The position numbers and the translations under genes were made by a program. From contig OZ024740.1 of the NCBI GenBank assembly GCA_964016885.1, forward strand, positions 47,368,001 through 47,432,000: a stretch of DNA of 64,000 nt, in the 5' to 3' direction. Numbering within the stretch: position 1 is the stretch's first letter; the number at the start of each line of letters is the position of its first letter. This document shows, one piece after another, positions 45,159 through 57,407 of this stretch. Source of the DNA: Eledone cirrhosa (Eukaryota). Below the pieces are notes generated by a model. It was not told the origin of the DNA and did not search any database. It saw only the letters and a list, made by a program, of their open reading frames with translations.

Positions 45159-45565
45159 TATTCCATTTTTGCTAAATGTTTTTGAATAACGAAATGTGAC
45201 TAAAACTAAAATTGTGTAAAGTATACAATATTTGCTTCCTTTTTCCTTTCTAGGTTGCCAAAAGAAACAAAGCAAATATATCAGCCTGGTGAGCCATGCT
45301 CAAAATGTCCGGAGAATACAAAATGCGTTAAGGATTTGTGTCTTAGTAAGTGTATATTGTTATTCACATAATTTAATATAATACATATTTAATATAATAC
45401 AGACATTAGTTATATATATAATTACTTGGGTGGATTCTCGGTGGGGATCGAGAAAAGGACACAGTTGAAAAGGTTACTCAATACGTTGGTTGAGTAGAGG
45501 CCTTATAATTTCTACAGGAATAGAGCTGTTTCATTCAAATGAAAGCATAAAAAATGGCCTGGATA

Positions 45566-45610
45566 TTCCTGATGATTTAATTTGAATGAAACAGTTCTAG
45601 TGTTGTAGGA
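45566..45610 (+). ncRNA. Hammerhead, same family as 44177-44227
   Basis: ttc-CTGATGA-tttaatttgaat-GAAA-cag ttctagtg ttg-TA-gga. Confidence 0.6.
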
Positions 45611-45622
45611 GCCATTACTATA

Positions 45623-45678
<56 letters not shown>

Positions 45679-45702
45679 GTATATATATATATATATATAG
45701 AT

Positions 45703-45754
<52 letters not shown>

Positions 45755-45786
45755 CATACATACATATATAAATATAGATTATATAC

Positions 45787-45831
<45 letters not shown>

Positions 45832-46319
45832 GACACACATATATATAATATATATATGTATATACACGCACATATATATATGCACAGACACACACACACA
45901 CACATATATATATAATATATATACATGTATATATATATGGTAATATTGGGGTTTTACAACATATATATATATGTGACAAATCTGCCCAAAATACTGAGTT
46001 CCATCAAGACAGCTTATTAAGGTATCTATTTTCTTCAGCTGAGTGGACTGCAGAAATGTGAAATGCCTTGCTCAAGTGACACAATGGGAGGCCGGGTTAG
46101 AGAGTTTTAAAATCCAACTCTCTAATCACTAGATCTCATACCTTCACACATATACATACAGATATACGATATATATATATATATAACAAAGGAAGTGTGG
46201 TAAGGAACCAAATGGACCATAACGCACCAGAGTACTCAATACTTAGGGTAGTAGAGTGGGAAATAGGAAAAAGTGTGACCCCGACGGCAGACCTCTGCCG
46301 TCGGGGTCACACTATTTCC

Positions 46320-46375
<56 letters not shown>

Positions 46376-46383
46376 GAGAGAGG

Positions 46384-46465
<82 letters not shown>

Positions 46466-46514
46466 AAGTGAGTGAGAATAGTGTATATGTTCAGTGTTTT
46501 ACGGTTATGCAAAA

Positions 46515-46732
46515 TTTGTCGATCAACTTTCGTCAAATCGAACCGAGGAAACCATGTTTCCATTGGTCTTTCCAATTGCTAATAATCTATCGGTCGTAAC
46601 TCCACGTAGAAGGAGCAACGTGAAATAAAGTGTCTTGGTCAAGGACATAACGCATCGCCCGGTCCAGGAGTCAAACTCACAATCTCACGATTGCGAATCC
46701 AGTTCTCTAACCAATCAGCCACACGCCATCAC
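46515..46732 (-). mobile_element. SINE family B variant
   Basis: gtgaaataaagtgtcttggtcaaggaca..cccggtccagga..aactcacaatctc; near-duplicate at 58640-58856. Confidence 0.8.
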
Positions 46733-47084
46733 ACGGTTATGTAAATAGTACTTAAATGGTAATGATACTGAAAAAGAAAGATGTTGGTTACCTTAAAGAT
46801 GCTTAATAATCCTTAATATTTGGGGCAAAAATACTTTCAACAAAAATATCAGCATAAGAACAACATGAATATTCTACTCCTAATTAATTTCAATTCCTCA
46901 ATTCTTCTTTTGATGAAAGGATTTTATCCCGAAATATTAAGAGCTATAAATTAACACTAATGTAACATTCCAATATCATTGTTATCCTCATTTATAACAT
47001 TTAATGTTCCATTTGCTTTACTATCCCACTATGAAAACAAACTATTTTCCACATTTTACTCATTCTTCAAGTAAACTACAACAT

Positions 47085-47171
<87 letters not shown>

Positions 47172-47530
47172 TTCAAGAGTAAACCAATCTTAAAGAGAGA
47201 GATGGAGATAGGAGAGGAGAAGAGAGATTGGTGAATTTGTTAGAAGTCAAAAGCGTAAAGGCGCGTGCTCAATGTGCAATATGCAGAGATTAGGTGCACA
47301 GAGCTGAAAATATTCATTAGTTAAGCAAAACCAGACCACAGATTTCACAAGGAAGACATTATTTAAAGATTGTCAGCATAGTTGCAGTTTAATGTAAGGA
47401 ATAAGGAGTGTAAATATATTTTAATGTAAGGAATAATAATAATAATAATTCATGTAACCATCTGTTTTTACCTTACTTTATAGTCCTTATTCCATCGTAC
47501 CTTTATCTATATTTTAATATCTCTTTTGAA

Positions 47531-47649
47531 GTTCCGAAGAGCTGCTCCATTCTAACCTAGATTAATTATCTTCATCTGAACCAGATCAATAATGATCTAT
47601 AATCATTTGAACCAGAAACATTATATGGAGTAGCGAAACAATTGTAAAC
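47531..47649 (+). ncRNA. Hammerhead ribozyme with 74-nt insert in loop II
   Basis: gtt-CCGAAGA-gctgctccat[74 nt]atggagtagc-GAAA-CAATTG-TA-aac. Confidence 0.75.
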
Positions 47650-47675
47650 GAACATTATTATTATTATAATTATTA

Positions 47676-49741
47676 TTGTTCTTTGAGTCTCAGTCATTGA
47701 TGTTAGTTAACTGGAAAGTTTGTTGAAATGAATATCAAGCCACTACCTGCAGCCTCAGATATTCAGGACGTATCGGGGGTTCTTGCTGTTCCCAGCAAGC
47801 ATGCCTTTTGAAGCGTTCCAAAAAGCGTGGCTGGGCCAATTTTCTTTAACCATTCCTGGAAATTTTTGAGATAGTACCTAGTGCGCCTATGACAATCGGG
47901 ACCACTTTGACTTCATGGCAGTTCCAAATCCTTTTTACCTCCCATTTTAAGTCCTGGTATCGGTTAATTTTCTCCCTCTCCTTCTCTTGCACTCTCGTGT
48001 CGAATGGGCAAGCCACATCCACAATCAGGCACGATCTTTTTTCCTTGTCCAAAACCACCAGGTCTATTGTGTTCCAGTTTCTTGTCCGTCTGTATACTAA
48101 AATCCCACAGCACCTTCACCTGATCGTTTTCAATCACCGACTCTGGTTTATGCTCATACCACTTCTCAGAATGTGGTAAATTGTTTACTTTGCATAGGTG
48201 CCAGTGGATCACCCTGCCCATCACATCATGTCTCCAGCCCTTATAATGAGTCTGGGCTAGGTGTTTACACTCGGATACAATGTGAGCCACAGTCTCCTCT
48301 CTCTCTCTCCACAGATCCTGCACAGTGGGCTAGCCTCCTCCTTGTAAATATGGTGTTTCAACCACTTCGTTTTGAGGGCCTGCTCTTGCGCAGCCATTAG
48401 CATTCCTTCTGTAGCCTTTTTAAGGTTTCCTCCTTTCAACCAGTTCCACGTCTGTGGATCTCTGAATTCAGTTTTCTCAAAGAAGGTACTATGAAGGGAT
48501 TTTTCCTGAAGGCTGCTCTTTCTCCTTGTTGTTATTTCCTCCTTGGACATCCCCTGGTCTATTGTCCTCTACTTCCGTACAATTCTGAGCATTGGCTCCT
48601 TACTATCAGTCACGTATTTGTGTAGGTTGTTTTTCTCCATCTGAACACAGTCCTCTGTGCTGATAAGAGCTCTACCACCTTCAGATCTCCTTAAGTAGAG
48701 TCTATCGACATCACTCGTCTTGTGGAACATGTTGTAGATAGTCAATAGCTTTATTATTATTATTGTTATTATTATTGTTATTGTTATTCCTTGAATCTCA
48801 GTCATTGATGTTGGTTAACTGGAAAGTCCGTTGGATTGAATATCAAGCCACTACCTGCAGCCTCAGATATTCAGGACGTATCGGAGGGTTCTTGCTGTTC
48901 CAAGCATGCATGCCTTTTGAAGCGTTCCAAAAAGCGTGAAGGGGCCGATTTTCTTTAACCATCCCTGGAAACTTTTGGAGATAGTCCCCAGTGCGCCTAT
49001 GACAATCGGGATCACTTTGTCCACAACCACCAGGTCAGGTCTATTGTGTTCCAGTTTTTTGTCCGTCTGTATCCTAAAATCCCACAGCACCTTCACCTGA
49101 TTGTTCTCCATCACCGCCTCTGGCCTATGCTCATACCATTTCTCAGAATGTGGTAAATTGTTTACTTTGCATAGGTGCCAGTGGATCACCCTGCCCATCA
49201 CATCGTGTCTCCAGCCCTTATAGTGGGTCTGGGCTAGGTGTTTACACTCGGACACAATGTGAGCCACAGTCTCCTCTCTCTCTCCACAGATCCTGCACAG
49301 TGGGCTAGCCTCCTCCTTGTAGATATGGTGCTTCAACCACTTCGTTTTGAGGGCCTGCTCCTGCGCAGCCATTAGCATTCCTTCTGTAGACTTTTTGAGG
49401 TCTCCTCTTCTCAACCAGTTCCATGTCTGTGGATCTCTAAATTCAGTTTTCTCAAAGAAGGTACTATGAAGGGATTTTCCCTTAAGGCTGCTCTTCCTCC
49501 TTGATGTTATTTCCTCCTTGGACATCCCCTGGCCTACTGTCCCCTCCTTCAGTACAGTTCTGAGCATTGGCTCCTTACTATAGGTCACGTATTTGTATAG
49601 GTTGTTTTTCTCCATCTGAACACAGTCCTCTATGCTGATAAGACCTCTTCCACCCTCAGATCTCCTTAGGTAGAGTCTATCGACATCACTCCTCTTGTGG
49701 AACATGTTGTAGATAGTCAATAGCTTCCTAGTCTTCCTATC

Positions 49742-49784
<43 letters not shown>

Positions 49785-50090
49785 GTTATTGTTATTCCTT
49801 GAATCTCAGTCATTGATGTTGGTTAACTGGAAAGTCCGTTGGATTGAATATCAAGCCACTACCTGCAGCCTCAGATATTCAGGACGTATCGGAGGGTTCT
49901 TGCCGTTCCAAGCAAGCATGCCTTTTGAAGCGTTCCAAAAAGCGTGAAGGGGCCGATTTTCTTTAACCATCCCTGGAAACCTTTGGAGATAGTCCCCAGT
50001 GCGCCTATGACAATCGGGATCACTTTGACTTCATGGCAGTTCCAAATCCTTTTCACCTCCCACTTTAGGTCCTGGTATCGGTTAATTTTC

Positions 50091-50139
<49 letters not shown>

Positions 50140-50922
50140 TATTGTTATTGTTCTTTGAGTCTCAGTCATTGATGTTAGTTAACTAGAAAGTTTGTTGAAA
50201 TGAATATCAAGCCACTACCTGCAGCCTCAGATATTCAGGACGTATCGGAGGGTTCTTGCTGTTCCCAGCAGGCATGCCTTTTGAAGCGTTCCAAAAAGTG
50301 TGAAGGGGCCAATTTTCTTTAACCATCCCTGGAAACTTTTTGAGATAGTACCTAGTGCCCCTATGACAATCGGGACCACTTTGACTTCATGGCAGTTCCA
50401 AATCCTTTTTACCTCCTACTTTAAGTCCTGGTATCGGTTAATTTTCTCCCTCTCCTTCTCTTGCACTCTCGTGTCGAATGGGCAGGCCACATCCACAATC
50501 AGGCACGATCTTTTTTCTTTGTCCAAAACCACCAGGTCAGGTCTATTGTGTTCCAGTTTCTTGTCCGTCTGTATCCTAAAGTCCCACAGCACCTTCACCT
50601 GATCATTTTCTATCACCGACTCTGGCTTATGATCATACCACTTCTCAGAATGGGGTAAATTGTTTACTTTGCATAGGTGCCAGTGGATCACCCTGCCCAT
50701 CACATCATGTCTCCAGCCCTTATAGTGAGTCTGGGCTAGGTGTTTACACTCGGATACAATGTGAGCCACAGTCTCCTCTCTCTCTCCACAGATCCTGCAC
50801 AGTGGGCTAGCCTCCTCCTTGTGAATATGGTGTTTCAACCACTTCGTTTTGAGGGCCTGCTCTTGCGCAGCCATTAACATTCCTTCTGTAGCCTTTTTAA
50901 GGTCTCATCTTTTCAACCAGTT
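47676..50922 (-). mobile_element. Four head-to-tail 5'-truncated R4/Dong-like (RLE) LINE copies separated by (TAA)n
   Basis: CCHC finger CRICGEREETVAHIVSEC, RHD motif and PD..D..K restriction-like endonuclease. Units at about 47676-48750, 48785-49743, 49795-50091 and 50147-50922. Confidence 0.9.
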
Positions 50923-51890
50923 GCCTGGAGACTGGAATGTCTTCAGGCGCTCACAGCCCTCGACCAATCGGGCAATGTGATCGGTGGAAACTCCACCTCG
51001 GCGTTCTATAGAGGATTAGTGGAGGGTAAGAGCGACGACGTACTTGGGGAAACTCTAGGCGTCGACGAAAATCAACTAGCCAATCTCTTCGGAAGAACTT
51101 TCGGGCCGGGGCCTATGGACAACTTCCAGAAATCTCTTGCCTGGCAGTGCTACCGAGGAGCCTTGCCAGTTCGGGATAAACTCTACAGGCATGGAGGTGC
51201 CGTCAGCCGGGCATGTCCGAGATGCGCGCAGGGCGACGAAACCGTCCTGCACGCACTCGTCCAGTGTCCGAAAATTGCTGACTTGTGGGTTTATGTCGAA
51301 CACCTGCTGTCGCGTTTAGGACGGATCCGGCTATCATCTGAGTCCATCATGAGGATTGCCCTGCCCTCGTCCTTTAGCCGTGAAGGGCAGGCAGTTTTTA
51401 TCTGTCTGGTGGCCATGGCGAAAGAGATAGTCTGGTGGACACGTTTGAAAGGGCTGAAGACGAGCACTTACCTCTTCGGTGATGCTCTGATTGACTTTTT
51501 CAAATTTCATTTGAAAAGGAAAATCAGAGTAGAGAGGGAAGTGCTCTCTTCCCAGCATTTTGTTGAAAGATGGGTGAGAGAAGCAAGAATGGCCCGAGTG
51601 AATGGGCCTACTCTGAGTATATATCTGTAAATTAAAGGTGGAAAACTGGGAGAGGGCACTTGCCTTGGTGGTCAGGGTCATTGTGGCTTTTTACTGGGCT
51701 TTCTCCACAAATGTCCCTCCGAAGTCTCCCCCCTATTGGGGAATTTTTCATTGTTATTTTCATTGTTATTTTTTGTTACATCCTCTGTTTTTGTTTTTTA
51801 CACGCAGAAATGCCCATTTGTACCGTCCTGCATCGTTCTGCACTGTCCTTAATGTCTACTTTATGTAAACCCTTGTGGTTAATAAAGAAA
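50923..51890 (+). mobile_element. L1/Tx1-clade LINE 3' end
   Basis: ORF open to 51630 with zf-RVT motif LAWQCYRGALPVRDKL..CPRC..ETVLHALVQCP; T-rich 3' UTR; AATAAA at 51881. Confidence 0.85.
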
Positions 51891-51990
51891 TCATTATTAT
51901 TATTCCTTACATTAAACTGCAACTATGCTGACAATCTTTAAATAATGTCTTCCTTGTGAAATTTGTGGTCTGGTTTTGCTCAACTAATGA

Positions 51991-52022
<32 letters not shown>

Positions 52023-52064
52023 ATAAATTACACAATAATCAAAACTATGTTCAAAACACTTTAT

Positions 52065-52113
52065 TGCTGACAATCGTTTCTCCCAAACTTTCCTGTTTGG
52101 AATCATCGGAGCA
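52065..52113 (-). ncRNA. Hammerhead in PLE left arm
   Basis: tgct-CCGATGA-ttccaaac aggaaa gtttggga-GAAA-CGATTG-TC-agca-ataaa. Confidence 0.85.
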
Positions 52114-53001
52114 CTAGCAAAGTTTGGATATATAATTAACTTCCTATTCAACTCAACAATCATATAGATACATGGATATTAATGCTGTCAACAACAGTTT
52201 CGTATTTACAGAGTGGAATGTATGTGACAGAGATTACAAGAGTATTATATAATAATTAAAGAGACACAGAGTGGAATGCATGTGACAGAGATTACAAGAG
52301 AATAGTATAATAAAGAGGCTGTAAGGCAGAAAGTTACTCATAAAACGAGGACATTAGCAGTACATATGCAAGCGTATGGAGAGTGCAAATGCGTTAGGGT
52401 TATACAGGACAGCTAGGTAGGAAACAAGCAATGGTACTAGAAATATAAAATTACTGTATGGCAAAGGTATCACATAAAATAACACAGGTTTAGAAGCATA
52501 TCAAGCAGGCAAAGATGTTTGTGTATTAAAATTATGAGTTTGTGGTGGATATAGTGTGATAATTGTTTCTGTAATGTTCAAATGTGCATGTGTTGAGAGT
52601 ATCAATGTTATTGTTTTCTTTTCCATTACATTGGTTATATTTTATTTAAGTGAATGTTTATAATTAGTTACAGCTATGGATTGTATATTGATCCTATTAT
52701 ACTGTTATCCAGGGTTCGAGTTGTTCTGGAGTGATTCTTCTAACGGTTTAATTTCCGGAAGTGAGTGTGAGATCTATATTAGGGGGAGCTAATGTGAAAG
52801 GGGAGGTAATTAGCGACTAATTTGTATATGATAGAAAAAATAGAAAAAGTGTATAGTTATTTACAGCTCCAATTAGTTAAATTCCTTGTGCTAATATACA
52901 TTATATTGTGTTACAAGTGAATCCCTTTTATATAATGCTATTTATTTATATTTAATTTTAAATACTATCTATTTTACTATAATACATTAAAGGTCTCATA
53001 G

Positions 53002-53190
53002 TGGTGGATTGGCAGTATCGGTAGAGGGTCGGACGCCATGCTTTCTAGCATAGAGTTACGGCCCTTGCCATTCTGAGTTCAAATCCCGCCAAGGTTAACT
53101 TTGTCTTTCATCCATACGGGTCGATAAAATAAAGTACCAGTAATGCACTGGATAATTGCTGGCCTTTTACCAACAGTAGAAACAATTATA
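53002..53190 (+). mobile_element. SINE family A nested in PLE left arm
   Basis: Full body; absent from the mirror position in the right arm. Confidence 0.88.
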
Positions 53191-53324
53191 TTGTTATCTA
53201 TCCATTACTGGATAAAATATAAATAAGTTATAGAAAAATTGTATAGTTGTTTACAGCTCCAATTAGTTAACTCTCTTATTTTATTAATATACATTATATT
53301 ATGTTATAAGTGAATTCCTTATAT

Positions 53325-53512
53325 ATAATTGTTTCTACTTTTGGCACAAGACCAGCAATTACCCAGTACACTACTGGTACTTTATTTTATCGACCTCGTA
53401 AGGATGAAAGCCAAAGTTAACCTCGGCGGGATTTGAACTCAGATCATAAAGGGACGTAACTCTATGCTTCAAAACATGGCGTCTGACCTTCTACCGATAC
53501 TGCCAATCTACC
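53325..53512 (-). mobile_element. SINE family A nested in PLE left arm
   Basis: Full body in reverse orientation. Confidence 0.88.
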
Positions 53513-53608
53513 TTACTGCTATTAATTTATACATTTAATTATAAATACAATTTATTTTCCTATAATACATTAAAGGTATTATTATATTATTACCTAAGGT
53601 ATTACCTT

Positions 53609-54893
53609 AGATAAAAACACTAAAAGCGTTAACTTCCTTGATGCTACCCTTTGCCTGAAATATATACACCCCTTCATAAACCAAACGAAAAACTACTTTA
53701 TGTAGATACCAACTCTAACCACCCTAAATCCATATTAAAATCAATTACTAAAGGAATATCAAATAGAATCTCTACTCTATCATATAATGAAACCATATTT
53801 AACAGTAATTCCCAATACTATAATGAAGCCTTAGCTAAATCAGGCCATAAAAATGAAATTAAATTTCTACCTATAAAATCACCTAGTTACAACATTATTT
53901 CTCACAATATGGCCATGAGGAAAAATAATAAAAGTACTAGCCACTCTAACTATAATACGAAGGGTAATATCAAACTTAACTCGCACCAGAATAAACACCC
54001 CAATAATAATATAAACATAAATATAAACAATACCTCAAAAAGCATTGCAAAAAACAAAAATAGAAGAACTGATACATTTTTCAATCCCCCTTTCAATCTA
54101 AACGTTTCTACCAACTTGCCTAAGGCTTTCTTCTTAATCCTAGAAACAATCTTCCCAGTCGGCCACAAATACCATAATCTTATCAATAAAAATACCATTA
54201 AAATTTCTTACTCTACCACACCTAACATCGCATACCATATAGCTAGTAGTAATACAAGGATGATTAATAATTATTTCCAACTAAGTAAATCACAACGGGG
54301 GGTAAACTTACATAGCAACGTAGTACCAGAGAATTCTAGTAGTAATAATAGTAATGGTAATAGCACTAATGAAATTAATAACAATGAGAATGATAACCAT
54401 CATTACCCTAATGATATCCCTAACAACCATGCATCTACACAACATAGTAACCGGCAAGCAAACAACCAGAATAACTGTAACTGTAGAACAAATAGAACTT
54501 GCCCCTTAGGTAAAAATTGCTTAATTAAAGACATGCACAGTCAATACAAACAACTCTTCAAAAACATATATCGGTTCGACTTCGAACTGCTTCAAGACGA
54601 GATATAACTCGCATCTCCACACTTTCCAAAATCGCAATCTAGCCAACTCCACTTCTTCATCTAACTACATACACTCTCTGAAAGCTAGGAATAGACCATA
54701 TACACTTCAATGGGAAGTAATAGATAGAGACGCATCTTATAAACCACCGAATAAATTATGTAACCTCTGTCTTCTAGAGACCCGCACTATAATCTATTCT
54801 AAGCTAAGCCGGTTAAATAGAAAATCTGAAATTTTTTCCATGTGCCAACACTACCACCGACACTCTTTGCATACCTTTAAACCCAGCTGCTAG
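53609..54893 (+). pseudogene. PLE ORF remnant: RT C-terminus/thumb, Cys linker, GIY-YIG endonuclease (frameshifted)
   Basis: VNFLDATL; HKPNEKLLYVDTNSNHP; FFNPPF; KISYS; CNCRTNRTCPLGKNCL; then after a frameshift KTYIGSTSNCFKTRYNSH..WEVI..CNLCLLE..LNRKSE..MCQH. Confidence 0.9.
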
Positions 54894-55420
54894 TATATAA
54901 CAATGTCAGATCTGGATTACTCACCACTATTAACACTTCACCTCTAGGTCTTACCAGCATATAATTACCCCCCACAGCATCACACTCTACGATCAGCTCA
55001 TTCCTCTACATAACTCCTATTTATCTCAAACCTTATACTCTACAATAACTATTAGGAATAAACATAAAGATACCACCATTTAATATAACTACTATAGCTT
55101 ACTTATATTTTATTCAGTAATGGAGAGGTAATAATATAATAAGACCTTTAATGTATTATAGGAAAATAAATTGTATTTATAATTAAATGTATAAATTAAT
55201 AGCATTATATATAAGGGATTCACTTATAACATAATATAATGTATATTAATAAAACAAGAGAGTTAACTAATTGGAACTGTAAACAACTATACATTTTTTC
55301 TATAGCTTATTTATATTTTATTCAGTAATGGATAGATAACAATATAATGAGACCTTTAATGTATTATAGGAAAAGAGATTGTATTTAAAATTAAATATAA
55401 ATAAATAGCATTATATAATA

Positions 55421-55602
55421 GGGCGGTGAATTGGCAGTATCGGTAGAGGGTCAGACATGCTTTCCAGCATAGTTACGTCCCTTTATGATCTGAGTTCAAA
55501 TCCCGCCTAGGTTAACTTTGCCTTTCATCCATACGGGGTCGATAACATAAAGTACCAGTAATGTACCGGGTATTTGCTTGGGCCAAAAGTAGAAACAATT
55601 AT
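55421..55602 (+). mobile_element. SINE family A nested in PLE right arm
   Basis: Full body flanked by attatataa on both sides. Confidence 0.88.
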
Positions 55603-56424
55603 ATAAAAGGGATTCACTTTTAACACAATATAATGTATATTAGCACAGGGAATTTAACCAATTGGAGCTGTAAACAACTATACATTTTTTCTATGTTTTC
55701 TATCATATACAAATTAATCGCTAATTACCTCCCCTTTCACATTAGCTCCCCTTAATATAGATCTCAAACTCACATCCGGAAATTAAACCGTTAGAAGAAT
55801 CACTCCAGAACAACTCGAACCCTAGATAACAGAATAATAGGATCAATATACAATCCATAGCTGTAACTATTTATAAACATTCACTTAAATAAAATATAAC
55901 CAATGTAATGGAAAAGAAAACAATAGTATTAATGCTCTCAACACATGCACATTTGAACATTACAGAAACAATTATCACACTACATCTACCATAAACTCAT
56001 AATTTTAATACACAAACATCTTTGTCTGCTTGATATGCTTGTAAATCTGTGTTATTTTATGTGATACTTTTGCCTTATAGTAATTGTATATGCCTAGTAC
56101 CATTGCTTGTTTCCTACCTAGCTGTCCTTATATGCCTAACGCATTTGCACTCTCTATACGCTTGCATATGTACTGCTAATGTCCTCGTTTTACGAGTAAC
56201 TTTCTGCCTTACTGCCTCTTTAATTATTATACTATTCTCTTATAATCTCTGCCACATGTATTCCACTCTGTGTCTCTTTAAGTATTATATAATACTCTTG
56301 TAATCTCTGTCACATACATTCCACTCTGTAAATACGAAACTGTTGTTGACAGCATTAATATCCATGTATCTATATGATTGTTGAGTTGAATAGGAAGTTA
56401 ATTATATATCCAAACTTTGCTAGC

Positions 56425-56469
56425 GCTCCGATGATTCCATACGAAAGTTTGGAAGAAACGATTGTCAGC
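56425..56469 (+). ncRNA. Hammerhead in PLE right arm
   Basis: gct-CCGATGA-ttcca..tggaa-GAAA-CGATTG-TC-agc-AATAAA. Confidence 0.85.
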
Positions 56470-56645
56470 AATAAAATGTTTTGAACATAGTTTTGATTAT
56501 TGTGTAATTTATATTCCTGCTCTGTAAAACATCTGATGTATTTACATTGAGCTATTATTCTTACTGGTAATAAGGTAGTGATGAATTACTGACCTTTCCT
56601 GTTTACAGTTGTATATAGTGTATATATAACTATAAATAATATTAT

Positions 56646-56694
<49 letters not shown>

Positions 56695-56695
56695 T

Positions 56696-56820
<125 letters not shown>

Positions 56821-56830
56821 ATATACATAA

Positions 56831-56864
<34 letters not shown>

Positions 56865-56865
<1 letters not shown>

Positions 56866-57407
56866 AAATAATTAAGTCAAAAATGTAAAATTTGGCTTCG
56901 TTTATTATAATTTATAGATATACTGCTATATATATTTCGACAGCCGTTATTGGCTGTGACCTCTTCAGGCAGTCTGAATTGGTGTGGGAAAGACAGGTAC
57001 GCATGTTGTTGAAGTGTTTTTTACTCTGTCAATACATCAATATGTCCAGCTCCTGGTTGTGTTGTTATTTCACTGAGGAAAGGGAATCCAATTCCTCAGA
57101 GAAATAACAATACAACCAGGAACTGGACATATCGATATATTGACGGAGTAAAACACACTTCAACAACATGTGTACCTGTCTTTCTCACACCAATTCGGAC
57201 TGCCTGAAGAGGTCACAGCCAATGACGGCTGTCACCGAAATATATATAGCAGTATATCTATAATTTATAATAAACGAAGCCAAATTTTACATATTTGACT
57301 TAATTATTTTACATTACTCCGGAGTAAACAAACCAACCTTCGTACTTCGTCGAGTGCTCCAATCTGCATACTGAGGTGTCGGTAAACAACCAACATATAC
57401 TCAAAAT
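56865..57407. mobile_element. Fold-back cassette with hammerheads at 57199-57253 (+) and 56922-56973 (-, small deletion)
   Basis: About 210-bp arms; actgc-CTGAAGA-ggtcacagcc..ggctgtcacc-GAAA-TATATA-TA-gcagt; unpaired tail to 57407; (TA)n flanks. Confidence 0.88.

Larger units (their letters stand above)
52021..56560 (+). mobile_element. 5'-truncated Penelope-like element with long inverted terminal arms
   Basis: Arms 52021-53595 and 55126-56514 are inverted copies flanking an RT C-terminus and GIY-YIG region. Each arm ends in an HHR. Confidence 0.9.

Noticed and set aside
47676-50922. CRISPR-like or host tandem gene array
   Set aside because: Units are truncated LINE 3' ends of unequal length in eukaryotic DNA.
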